Assembly: GCF_963921235.1 (NCBI RefSeq)
Contig: NC_086102.1
Location: 66,278,001-66,342,000, forward strand
Direction: 5' to 3'
DNA: 64,000 nucleotides
From: Mobula hypostoma
Taxonomy: Eukaryota
The notes beneath the pieces are model-generated. The model was not told the origin of the DNA. It worked only from the letters and a program-made list of their open reading frames with translations, and did not search any database. The number at the start of each line of letters is the position of its first letter. Position 1 is the stretch's first letter. Shown in pieces: positions 52,840 through 64,000 of this stretch. Both the position numbers and the translations under genes were made by a program.

Positions 52840-53659
52840 AAGTGAAGGAAGAGTTAGTAAGAGATTTGAAAGTGGGAGGGGGAGGGGGAGATCCAAAATG
52901 ATAGGAGAAGACAGGAAGGGGAGGGATGGAGTCAAGAGCTGGACAGGTGATTGGCAAAGGGATATGAGAGGATCATGGGACAGGAGGCCCAGGGAGGAAG
53001 ACGGGGGGGGGGAACCCAGAGGATGGGCAAGGGGTATAGTCAGAGGGACAGAGGGAGAAAAAGGAGAGTGAGAGAAAGAATGTGTGTATATAAATAAATA
53101 ACGGATGGGGTACGAGGGGGAGGTGAGGCATTAGCGGAAGTTAGAGAAGTACAGTACTGAACACCTACGCTCTGTCCGCCAGAGAAAGCAGGATCTCCCA
53201 GTGGCCACACATTTTAATTCCACATCCCATTCCCATTCTGACATGTCTATCCAAGGCCTCTTCTACTGTAAAGATGAAGCCACACTCAAGTTGGAGGAAC
53301 AACACCTTATATTCCTTCTGGGTAGCCTCCAGCCTGATGGCATGAACATTGACTTCTCTAACTTCTGCTAATGCCCCACCTCCCCCTCGTACCCCATCCG
53401 TTATTTATTTATATACACACATTCTTTCTCTCACTCTCCTTTTTCTCCCTCTGTCCCTCTGACTATACCCCTTGCCCATCCTCTGGGTTCCCCCCCCCCC
53501 CGTCTTTCTCCCTGGGCTTCCTGTCCCATGATCCTCTCATATCCCCTTTGCCAATCACCTGTCCAGCTCTTGGCTCCATCCCTCCCCCTCCTGTCTTCTC
53601 CTATCATTTTGGATCTCCCCCTCCCCCTTTCAAATCTCTTACTAACTCTTCCTTCACTT

Positions 53660-53695
53660 AGTCCTGACGAAGGGTCTCGGCCTGAAATGTCGACT
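53660..53695 (+). ncRNA. Minimal hammerhead motif
   Basis: agtcCTGACGAagggtctcggcctGAAAtgtcgact; core boxes intact, stem III palindrome has a C>T change. Confidence 0.7.
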
Positions 53696-54278
53696 GTACC
53701 TCTTCCTAGAATATCTTTGCAGGCAGGTTTATTGGAGCTATTGGGGAGAGTATAAACTAATCTTGAAGGGGGATGAGAAATGGAGTAGTAGGCGTAGTCT
53801 ACAATCAGATGTAGTGTGTCGTGAGACTGTCAGGAAGGACAGGCAGATGACACGGCAAAACTACATTCAGTAGTTGAGTTGAAGAGTAGCATGGGGTCAA
53901 AATCAAAAAGGATGACAAATACAGGACTGAAAGTGGTATATTTGAATGCATGCAATAAGGTAAATGATCTTGTAGTACAGTTAGAGATTGGCAGATATGA
54001 AGTTGTGGACATCACTGAGTCACACTGAAGGAAGATTATAGTTGGAAGCTTAACATACCAGGATACACATTGTATCAAAAGGACAGCAGGTAGGCAGAGA
54101 GGGTGGAGTGACTCTGTTGGTAAAAAATGAAATCAAATCTTTAGAACGTGATAATATAGGAGCAGAAGATGTAGCAATCTTGTGGGAAGAGATAAGAAAC
54201 TTAGATCCCTAGAGAGGGAATTTGTAGAATGACTACATGACGGCTTTTTAGAGCAGCTTGTGGTGCAATCCACTAGGG

Positions 54279-55441
54279 CAGGGGTCCCCAGTCTTTTTTG
54301 CACTGCGGACCGGCCGACCATGGGGGTAGGGTTGCCAACGGACAAGAGTAGCAGTCAAAACGTTGGGGTTACCCCAAGAAAGATTACAATGACCAGGAAG
54401 CCTTGCGCGGGCACCAGTGCGCATGCGTGATTTGTGCATGCGTGTTCGTGCCGATTTCTTTTCTGCAAATTGTTTTTGGCGATTCTGTTCAGGGTGGGGT
54501 GTTAATCACGACCGTAATATAGGTCATAAGTGACTAATACACTCAATTTCGTTTCTCAAAGGGTTTATCTATCGAATTTAATATTAAACACACAGCACAT
54601 ATTTTTCTCACATGAATATAGCGATGTCAATTATCAGGGGAGGACAGGGGAGCTTGAAGTAAGTGTTGAACGAACTTCCAGTAGAAATGGTAGAGGCAGG
54701 TTCGATATTATCATTTAAAGAAAAATTGGATATTTATATGGACAGGAAAGAAATGGGGGGTTATGGGCTGAGTGCAGGTCAGTGGGACTAGGTAAGTGTA
54801 ATGTTTGGCACGAACTAGAAGGGTCGAGATCGCCTGTTTCCGTGCTGTAATTGTTATATGCTTATATAACTCAATAGCATCATAACATTTTAAGTAACGT
54901 TTGGATATTAAACACACAGCACATATTTTCCCCGTATGAACATTGCAACACATCAATATCGCTGAACCAGTGGGAGGCCCGGGCTTGTTTTCCTGCAACA
55001 AGACGGTCCCACCGAGGAGTGATGGGAGACAGCGATACTCGAAGGAGGTTCCTTATGTCCAGTCTATTCCGCAATTTAGTTTTCATTGCATTCATTGCAG
55101 AGATATGTTGGAAATGGAAGCAACGTTTTCAGTGCTTTCGTGGCTATCTCAAGATAGTCAGCCTTGACTTTGATCCGGAATGCCAGCAGAGATGTTATGT
55201 CAAACATACTTTTCAGCCCGTCGTCATTTGCAAGCTCGAGGAGTTGATCTCCTTCCCGCGCTGACATGGATGATGCGCAGGTAATGACCTCGCGTATGTT
55301 CGAGCTCAACTGTGGGCGTGACAGGGAATGAGGAAAGGTGCAGCTGACTCATAGCGCCAAATCATATCGTTTCCTTGCTGCCCGGTAGCGCATGCTTTGC
55401 GGCCCGGTACCAGTCCATGGCCCGGTGGTTGCGGACCGCTG
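54279..55441 (-). mobile_element. Non-autonomous hAT (Charlie-group) element nested in CR1 ORF2
   Basis: Perfect 8-bp TSD cactaggg at 54271-54278 and 55442-55449. TIRs caggggtcccca / tgcggaccgctg. hATC remnant ALKTLLPFPTYLC...MKTKLRNRLD...RVSLSPITPRWDRLV. Confidence 0.92.
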
Positions 55442-58400
55442 CACTAGGGGATCAGCTATTCTGGATTGGATGCTGTGTAATAAACCAGACTTGATGAGTG
55501 AGCTTAAGGTAAAGGAACACTTAGGATGCAGTGGTCATAATATGATAGAATTCACCCCACAGTTTGAGAGGGAGAAAATAAAGTCAGATGTATCATTATT
55601 GCAGAGGAGTAAAAGGATTTACAGTCATGAGAAAGGAACTAGCCAAAGTTGATTGGAAGGGAACACTGGCAGGGATGACAGCAGAACAGTAATGGCTGGC
55701 GTTTCTGAGAGCAATTTGGAAGGCACAGGAAAGATACATCCCAAAGATGAAGAAGTATTCTGTTGGGAGTATGAAGAAACTGTGGCTGACAAGGGATGTC
55801 AAAGATTGCATAAAAGCAAGAGAGGGCATATAATACAGCAAAAATTAGAGAGAAGTTAGGGGATTGGGAAGTATTTCAAAACCAACAGAAGGCAACTAAA
55901 ACTCTTCCCTCACAAATCAGTTGGAATTCTGTGAGGAAATAACAAGTGAGATAGACAAAGTAGAGTCAGTGGATGTAGTTTATCTGGATTTTCAGAAGAC
56001 CTTTGACAAGGTACCGCACATAAGGTTTTTTAATAAGATAAAAGATCATGGTTTTACAGTAAAGACACTAGCATGGATAGAAGATTGGTTGACGACAGGA
56101 GACAAAGAGCGGAATAAAGGGGGCCTTATTTTGTTGGCTGCCAGTGCCTAGTGGTGTTCCACAGGGGTCTGAGTTGGGACCACTTATTTTCAAGTTATAT
56201 ATTAATAATTAGGATGGTGGAATTGATAGCTTTGTGGCCAAGTTAGCAGACAGTGCAGAGACAGGCGGAAAAGTAGGTCGTGCTGAGAAAGCAGGGAGAC
56301 TGCAAGAGATTAGTCAGGGCATCAAAGGATATGGGGAGAAGGCAGGAGAAAGGGTTTGAAAGGAATGATAAATCAGCTGCAATGGAATGGCGGAGCAGAC
56401 TCGCTAAGCCAAAAGGCCTAATTGTGATCTTATATCTTATGGTCTCATGAGTGAGTGTGGAATTACATCTTGAGTACTTTCATAATCACTAAGCATTTTC
56501 TATGAACATTGGTCTGCCATCATAAGAAATGTTAACCTGCTCATATTAAGCAAAAAGACATTTTCATATTAACATTTAGATTGTGTTGATTCAAGGTCTT
56601 TGACCTTTCCTTTACTACATAAGATTGCAGACAAAAACTGATACTTTTCCTGCACTCAGAAGTAACTCAATCAATCAACAGATAGGGAAAGTGATATAGG
56701 GAAATGGGAAACTCCCTATCCTCAATTGTACTGTGGTCTAGGCCTGACACCATGGCGTTGCCTGTTTGCAGCCACCGCAGGGAGAAGACAAATCCATTGC
56801 GCTTCACCAGAGTCAGTGTGGTGTGGCATCCAGAACAGAGGCAACGCTGCCCTCCTAGGTTTTCACTCGGAAGAAGACAAGCTCTGTCACAGTCATCTGA
56901 TTTTGTTTTGGTGGAGCTCAATAGACTCAGGCCTCAAGCCATGGAGTTGTTGGCCAGGGGAGAGGCATCCAAGCCATTGTATTCTACCGGGGGCAGTGCA
57001 GTGCATTTGCGGTCGACTGAAGTGTCTCGACTGCATACACATATATATGTCCGGTTGTGTTTTTACTAAAATTCTTTATGTGCCTGTGCATGCGAGGGCT
57101 GGGCCTCAAAGCTGCACTGTTGCCTAGCAGGCATTGGGTAGATTGACAGATGATCTCAGTGGGCTGGTTGTTCTGGACTACACATATGCATATTTTGTGT
57201 CGTTGTATTTTACTGATATTCCATATGGGTTTGTTGTTTTGACTTGTATGTGCGAGGACTGGTGGGGGGGGGCGGTGGGTGGCACCAGGACTCTTTTATT
57301 CCATGAATGTGTTCTTGTCTGTGACTGTTGGTAATACGTGTTTGGCACCTTGACCCCATAGTAACGCTGTCTCGTTTGACTGTATTCATGAGTATTCACA
57401 CATGGTTGAATGACAATTAAACTTGAATTAATTTAAACCTATGACTTTATAGCACAAAATGAGATGACCTTCAGCTTTTATTCCAACCCAAGTATAACAC
57501 AAAAGTTCAAACATTAATCTAAATTAAATCTAAATTCTCAATTTGCAGAAGCACAGGTTTTCTTAATATTCCAATATATTTTAAAAAAATCAGAGCAGTA
57601 CACTTGGGATCTGATGGAATACTAAAGTACAACATGGTTACATTTGGCAGCTCCCAGGTATCATAGCTCTCTTAATAAGATGTAGCTCACCAATACTAAA
57701 GATCAAAATTATACTTCAATGTTCATTTTATTTATGTTTATTTAGCGACCATTTATGCCTTTCAGCAATGTGTGAAATCTACTAGTTAACTGCCAAAGTT
57801 ATCATTCAGAAATCTTCTGTGGCCAATTTACAAAAAAAAATGTTATCAGCCTAAATTATCTACTTAGTGTATTTGAAATGACAAGCATTCCAAAGTAACT
57901 GGTGTATAGAAAAATCTAGCACTGCATCTTTCCATTTCATGTCTGCCACTGAGACACCTTGGTCATAACTCATCTGTAAACCATGAAATCACAAGAGAAC
58001 TGCACAAGAGAAATAGATCTCTCACTTACATCAGACTGTGAATGATTTTTGATTTGAAGTGACAAGATGAGCATCATCATAAAAAGCTCAAGACTGCACA
58101 TTTTCTCACCATGTAATCACAATATACATTAAGCCAATCTAAGTATTTTGAATGAACCAGGATCCTTCCAATTTTTCATAAATTATTTTCCACTCTAAAA
58201 GTAATCTTCATTTTGCTCTCTCAGGTAAGTATTCTTAATACTAAATTTTTATTCTTAATACTAAAATGCCTTGCATTTATATTGTGCCCATCAGAAAGAT
58301 GTCCAAAGGTACCTCATGAAGCATGGTTTAACCAAATTTGACATCAAATGTTGGAAAGGAATATTACATGGGTATACTAAATACAGGTCACAAGCCGGGG

Positions 58401-59907
58401 CCCGATCAACCCTGGCTGGGTCACCTGTCTGATGCTGAAAGACCCGAAACACACGATGACCCCAGGTTACATCACTGATGATGTGTCCCAGCATATCCAA
58501 GAATTATCTCAGTAACAGGTCAAAGGTGAAAGATGCAAAGAGTTGCACAAAGTATATGACAAGAAAGTCCACACTTCGGGCCATGGCCATGAAGATATGA
58601 TAACCAATAGCTGAAAGAAGGATATCAGTGATGGAGAGGAAGCCAGAATCAGAGAGGTGCAGTAATCTATTATAGTGCAATCGATGGTTACTAAGACAAG
58701 ATATAAATCAATTTGATCATCCAGATAAGAATTTTTGACAGGTCATCAACCTAAGATTGCACAAAAGCTCACAGCATTGAAGAAAATATATCAAAGCCCG
58801 AGGATGGGATAATCGAGTCTTATAATTGAGTCAGCTGTATAAAAGCGTGGTTGGACTTCATTTGGAGTACAATGTTCAGTTCTGATCATTCCATTGTAGG
58901 ATGGGTGTGGAGGCTTCAGAGAGGACGTAGAGAGAGTTTACCAGGATGTACCTGGATTAAAAAGCATTTAGCTATTAGCAAAGGTTGGTCACGTTTGCAT
59001 TGTGTTCTCTGGGACAACAGAATGTGAGGGGAAATCTGATAGATTGGGAGCTAGTCAGAGTTTCTTTCCGAAGGTGCAAATATCTTAATTTTGAAGTGAG
59101 AGTGGGAATGCTTTCTTACACTGACAGTTGCAGGTGCCTGGAATGTGCTGCCAGGTAGTGGTGGAAGCAGATATGTAATTGCATTTCAGAGACAGACACA
59201 TGAGCATAGAGAGACTGCAAGTACATGCAGATGGTATTCACTTCATCTGGCACTAAGACAGCACTGACACCATGGAACTTAGCTCTGCGTCCTGAATGTG
59301 CCTATTTCAGGCTGGGACAATATACTTATTGCAATGTCACATGATCAGTTCAGTAAGGTCTTATCTTAATTCATGAATTACAGGAAGGGCAGTTTGCAAG
59401 GTATCCAAGTTTGCTGATGACAAAAAGATACATGCTGCTTTGAAGATATCTGGAACCTACATCAAGATATTAACAACTTCCCTGAATGTGTAAAAATCAG
59501 AGAAATGGAGCTGAGTATAGGAAAGAGTGAGGGGGAATTAAAAGGCACAATGTCACCCAAATGGAGGAAGTTTGCAAAACAGAGTAGTAACCAATCCAAG
59601 TGAGTTGCGCATGATGGATAAAAAATAAGTAAATGCAGGAAGTAGACTGGAAGGCATTTACCTTATCCACTTTCATTGTAAGAGGGTTGGGATTTATAGA
59701 CAGAGAAGTAAAATTACAATTCTGCATGGAACTGGTGAGGCTCACAATGTGCACATTTTTGGTCTTGTTATTTAAAAATGGATATACTGTCACTGGAGAC
59801 AGTCCAGAAAACATTCCCTATGCTAAAGAGAGGTTGTCCTCTGAACAAGCTGACAAAAAATTATATTGGTATTTTTTGTTTGGAAGAACAGGAATGATTA
59901 AAACATA

Positions 59908-60401
59908 CACTTAGTGACCACTGTAACTAACAAAGCAGTCACTGAGTACACCTTTGTGGTCTCCTGCTGCTGTAGCCCATCCATTTCAAGGTTCAACATG
60001 TTGTGCATTCAGAGATGCTCTTTTGCACACCACTGTTGCAACATGTGGTGATTTGAGTTACTATCGCCTTCCTGACAGTCTGGCCATCCTCCTTTGACCT
60101 CCCTCATTAATTTTTGCTTACAGAATTGCCATTGACTGGATATTTGTTTTTCACACTATTCTCTAAACTCTAGAAATCATCAACTTCTGAATGATCACCC
60201 CATCTGGCACCAACAATCATTCCACGGTCAAAGTCACTTAGATCACTTTTCTTCCCCATTCTGATGTTTGGTTTGAAGAAGTGAACTTACTGACCATGTC
60301 TGCATGTCTTTATGCACTGAGCTGCTACCATATGATTGGCTGATTAGATATTTGCATTAACAAGCAGGTGTACAGTTGTACCAAACAAAGTAGCCACTGA
60401 G
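59908..60401 (-). mobile_element. Tc1-derived MITE of the same family, nested in a CR1 fragment (~59395-60725)
   Basis: TA flanks; TIRs cacttagtgaccact / aaagtagccactgag; collinear with 15496-15990. Confidence 0.8.
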
Positions 60402-60758
60402 TATCTGTGATCATTCGGGAGAATGGTAGGGTGAGTGTTGAGATGTTACTTCTGGTGTGTTTGTCTCAAACAAGAGGACAAATTTACAAGTGAAAAGAGA
60501 GTTACATAGTAATTTCAAAGGGTTATGAATCTCTGAAATTCTCTACCCTGGAGGCTGCACAGGTTAGTTTACAGGAAATGCTTAAAGAAAAAATAGCTTC
60601 ATTTTTGAAAGAACAGGAAATGAGGGCACATAGGGAACTGGCAAACAAGGGTTGAGACCTTGGAGAGAAGAGCTATGAACATACCAAATGGTAGGGCTGA
60701 CTAGTCTACTCCTGCTCCCTTTTCCTTGCATTCTAGCATTGGAAAGCACAAGGTAATG

Positions 60759-60837
60759 CAGGGTTCTCAACCTTTATTATGCTAGGGGCTAATACTATTA
60801 AGCAAGGAGTCCGTGGACCCTAGGTTGGGAACCCCTG
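60759..60837. mobile_element. Tiny (79 bp) hAT MITE
   Basis: TIRs cagggttctcaacct / aggttgggaacccctg; TSD degenerate. Confidence 0.7.
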
Positions 60838-61317
60838 GATGAATGGAACCTGGTGTGAGTTCTGACACAAGCAGGAGATTTTGGATGAGCTTAAGTTTGA
60901 GGTGCCAGACTGGAGGTAATAGTGGATGACCTAAGCCTTCAGACAAGAGATAATAAAATGTTATTTAACTAATCAAGACAGTGAATTTTACAGTGATATG
61001 CATATTTCTAAATGAGAGGCTGAAAAAAAATTTGAAAATGAATAGCCACTGAGCATCAAAGCAGGTGTACTCGTTTTGTCAGTCTTCACGTGCCAAAGGT
61101 TGACCTAAATTAAAATAATGTGGTGATGTACTAGTCAATCTCACTGAGGAAAGCATTATTTCCAAAAAATTACTTTGAAGAATTGTACATTAATTGTACA
61201 AAGAATCATTCATACCCCTGCTTTCAAAATGCATACTGGTTTGAGTTTGGAATAAATCAAGCAGTGCCGATGAACTTTACACCAATATGCAGAATGCTAG
61301 CATCAATGGAAAATCAC

Positions 61318-61446
61318 CTGTGCTATGTCAACTTGCGATAAGACTCTCCCAGAAGACTTGCTCTGACCAACGACATCAGGACTTTGGATCCTTTTCTTCA
61401 TTTCCTCCAAACTAATCTCGTGACTTGTCAAATCAGACTGGATTTT
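61318..61446 (-). CDS. DMD: Dystrophin exon orthologous to human exon 31 (129 nt, phase 0/0)
   Basis: Translates KIQSDLTSHEISLEEMKKRIQSPDVVGQSKSSGRVLSQVDIAQ, matching human KIQSDLTSHEISLEEMKK...RVLSQIDVAQ. Acceptor ttcacag|AAA, donor CAG|gtgatt. Confidence 0.96.
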
Positions 61447-61634
61447 CTGTGAAAAAATCAAAAGGATGTACATAAGTGATAAGGTTATTTTCAAATTTAA
61501 ACAATTATCGACTTTTGAAAAACTAACTGTGAATTGTTTTCCATGATACAGCAAAGGTTAGAAACAGGGACCTCATAGCTGGACACAGTGCTCAAGCTGA
61601 CCACAAGGAGCTGTCTGAAAACACTGGCATTTAT

Positions 61635-61940
61635 ATATTTTTTAAATTTAGTGTTACAGTGCAGAATAGGCCTTTACAGCCCTTTGAGCTGTGCTGTCCT
61701 AGCAAACTCTGATTTAACCCTCGTCTCATCATGGGACAATTTACAATGACCAATTAACCTACTAAGCTACATATTTTTGGACTGTGGGTGTAACCAAAGC
61801 ACCCGGACAAAACTAATGCATTCCATGGAGAGGACATACAAACTCTTTACAGAGGACGCTAGGGTTGAACTCTGAACTCCAACGCACTGAGCTGTAACAG
61901 CATCGTCGTGCGAACTGCTAAACTACCCATGGCACCCATA
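61635..61940 (-). mobile_element. V-SINE (HE1-like)
   Basis: Collinear with 25090-25370 (ggacaatttacaatgaccaattaacct); B box gttcaaccc. Weaker copies at ~17010-17260 and ~44830-45125. Confidence 0.72.
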
Positions 61941-62212
61941 GCAATGGGCATTCTCTCTTCGTACAATTATTTATCCTTCTTAATCTCTCACATTGGCTTG
62001 CACATTGTAAAATAAAAACATCTGAGCACAATTCTCACTTACTGCTGTTGTCTGCAAAATTAGAACCCAATGAATTTTCTAAATCATTACTCAACCAAAT
62101 AAATTGTTAAGGATAAAGAGTCTAAAAGCAAATTATGAAGTGTATTAGACAGCACCTTGCAATCTTAAAAGTTTGTGCAAAAGGCTAATAAAGTTAAGCA
62201 TGAAAATTTGAC

Positions 62213-63122
62213 GAGACAGAAGGGTAAATCCTGTGCAATCTAAGCTTAGAGTAATGGAGATGGTGGACAACTTTAAACTGGATCAGTTGGTGCCTGCTGT
62301 TAACAGAGCAAGCCTGTATCATAGACAAACACTTATCCCAGGCAGATTCAGATAATTCATTGCCCAACTCCTTTCTCCAGGCGTCTCTAATCTTCACAGT
62401 AGTCGCTACAGTGCAATTATCAAACAAACGTACACACTTAGAAAGGAGATGCCTGGAGTCAGGAGGGTTCTTTAAAATATCAAAAAACATATGTCTTGCC
62501 AATGTCCCACTTCTGTTTCACCAATGTGTGATAGATGCCAAGGGACAGAAGCCACGTTGTCACACACCTCTTGGTTTTGCCCATTACTGACTGGATTTTG
62601 GTCCAAAATATCTGACTGGTACTCAAAGGCCTATAAAAGATCGTTCCCCTTGGAAGCTGGTCTCACTATATTTGGCTGCTTGTAATCTACTATTTGTTTC
62701 CCTGCAGCCATACAACAGTCTCTTATGCTGGCGATGATTGTTGCCAAAAGACTTATCTTGAGGGAATGGAAATCACCTTCTCCCCCTTCCTTTTGGAGAT
62801 GGATGGCTGATATGATCTCAGTCATACAGCTGGAGAAGCTTAGGTTCTTGAGAACCAATTCAATTAAAAAATGTTTGGCTATCTGGGATCCATTCCTTGC
62901 CTACCTAGACGAGGCCAGGGGCGGACGAGCAATTTCCCCCCAGCTGATTTCTCACGGCCCTCATTTGAGATTTAATGTTTAGTATTTTTGAGCACTTTGT
63001 ACAATAGGCATCCCTCTAATGGTATGTCTTTTTTTTTTGCTTATTTCTTTTTTATACATGTCTGAGATGGTATGTTTTTGTTGATTTTATTGTTTTTTTT
63101 AAAATAAAGTATTTTAAAAAAC
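62213..63122 (+). mobile_element. L1-clade LINE 3' fragment with 5' inversion
   Basis: 15-bp TSD gcatgaaaatttgac at 62198-62212 and 63123-63137. Minus arm ...LIQFKVVHHLHYSK.RLHRIYPSVS continues in the plus arm SVSPMCDRC...H..WFC...FW...AKRLILREWK; aataaa and a short A tail. Confidence 0.9.
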
Positions 63123-64000
63123 GCATGAAAATTTGACAAGAGCATAATGATGTGTACACAACATGGTCAACAAGCATCAAAAAAAGGAATGCAGGCTGTC
63201 AGAATACAGTATTCATCCCAAGTGAATTCCAGTTTTCTGTTGAGAGACAACAACATAGCTTTACATCACAACTTAGCTTAATAACTCCAATAACATGGCT
63301 TTAAGAAGCTCCAACATTTTTTCTCTTTCAAAGGTGGAGCTGGAAAAATATAGCACCCCAGTAGCAAAAGCTTCAGAGTGCAGGCTCCTGCCAACTTATG
63401 GCATACATATTATTCACAGTAGATAAAAAGTTTTAGGTACATTAAAAATACATTCTGAACCCAATATGCAATATAAATGGGGAGGGTCCCAAAGCATTGA
63501 CAGCCTCTGGCAATTTTACTGAATCTTTCTTGAAATAGAGCTGCACCAGTAATCTCTCAAGTTCAAAACAGTTGTATGTTACAGCAGTTCTTAAAAAATA
63601 ATTTCATTTATCAGATCTTTCTTAACCTTGAGCCTTTTCCAAGCAAAAAAGAAGTTTTGAAATGTTGTTACTGTTTGAATGTACATAGGTAAAGTAAAGC
63701 TACCATGATTTTCACCAACTATCTTTCAATATTGACCAATCTGTTTTATCCATGTTAATTGAAGGGTAAAGTGTCAAGAATACTAGAAGAATTCCCCTAA
63801 TTTTCTTCAAAATATTGCAACAATCTTCAATGCTCCCTCAAAAGAGTAATCATGCCTCTTCATCAAATCACAATGTCAAGGAGCTGGCATTTATTATGCA
63901 CATCCAATACAGAGAGGCATTCCAAAATGCTTTACAGAATCATAACAGACAAAAGAAAATTTAACACCTAAGTTCACAGTAGAAATGAATAAAAAATTGA

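Larger units (their letters stand above)
52707..53708. mobile_element. Fold-back Penelope insertion (two divergent 3' ends) nested in a CR1 LINE
   Basis: 13-bp TSD gaatatctttgca at 52694-52706 and 53709-53721. Left arm ~52707-53150 is the minus-strand 3' UTR; right arm ~53157-53708 is the plus-strand GIY-YIG C-terminus plus UTR. Both are near-identical to the 3' part of the 47.3-kb element. Confidence 0.9.
51530..56445 (+). mobile_element. CR1 (HER1-like) LINE with 5' UTR, ORF1, endonuclease and internally deleted RT; hosts two nested insertions
   Basis: ORF1 CSSCEMWE...YICTK plus leucine zipper, then esterase-like GDS/HIGT segments. APE motifs YLNACN, ITE, GGV, LG.SGHNMIEF; RT VYLDFQKTFDKVPH, VPQGSELGP. 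5' boundary approximate. Confidence 0.85.

Noticed and set aside
47722-61446. In-frame dystrophin-reverse transcriptase fusion through the 50321 acceptor
   Set aside because: The acceptor is phase 2 relative to the RT frame while exon 31 ends in phase 0, giving a stop after 4 codons.
14406-61446. Utrophin rather than dystrophin
   Set aside because: Residues such as KIQSDLTSHEISLEEMKK, WLAATD.ELT.RSAVEGMP and RAEEWLNLLL are dystrophin-type.

Overview
Eukaryotic, repeat-rich vertebrate genomic DNA. The repeat repertoire (CR1/HER1-type LINEs, V-SINEs, Rex1, Neptune-type Penelope elements) suggests a cartilaginous fish, probably a ray; this is inference. The window lies inside the dystrophin (DMD) gene on the minus strand. 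It holds five phase-0 GT-AG exons orthologous to human exons 31-35 (129, 174, 156, 171 and 180 nt; spectrin repeats about R10-R12). The rest is intron filled with transposable elements. These include one 5'-truncated but stop-free Penelope-like retroelement (RT + GIY-YIG, 12-bp TSD) with a minimal hammerhead ribozyme, four TSD-flanked fold-back Penelope insertions (three with hammerhead motifs), a 5'-inverted L1 with a 15-bp TSD, an I/Nimb-like 3' end spanning a 129-N gap, hAT and Tc1/mariner elements and MITEs, and many decayed CR1, L2 and Rex1 fragments. Highlights are the hammerhead/inverted-repeat set in the DMD pre-mRNA around in-frame-skippable exons, the utrophin-length exon 31, the twin-priming-type L1, and a phased GTTACC motif cluster in intron 34. 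No databases were searched; family names come from motif recognition and recall.
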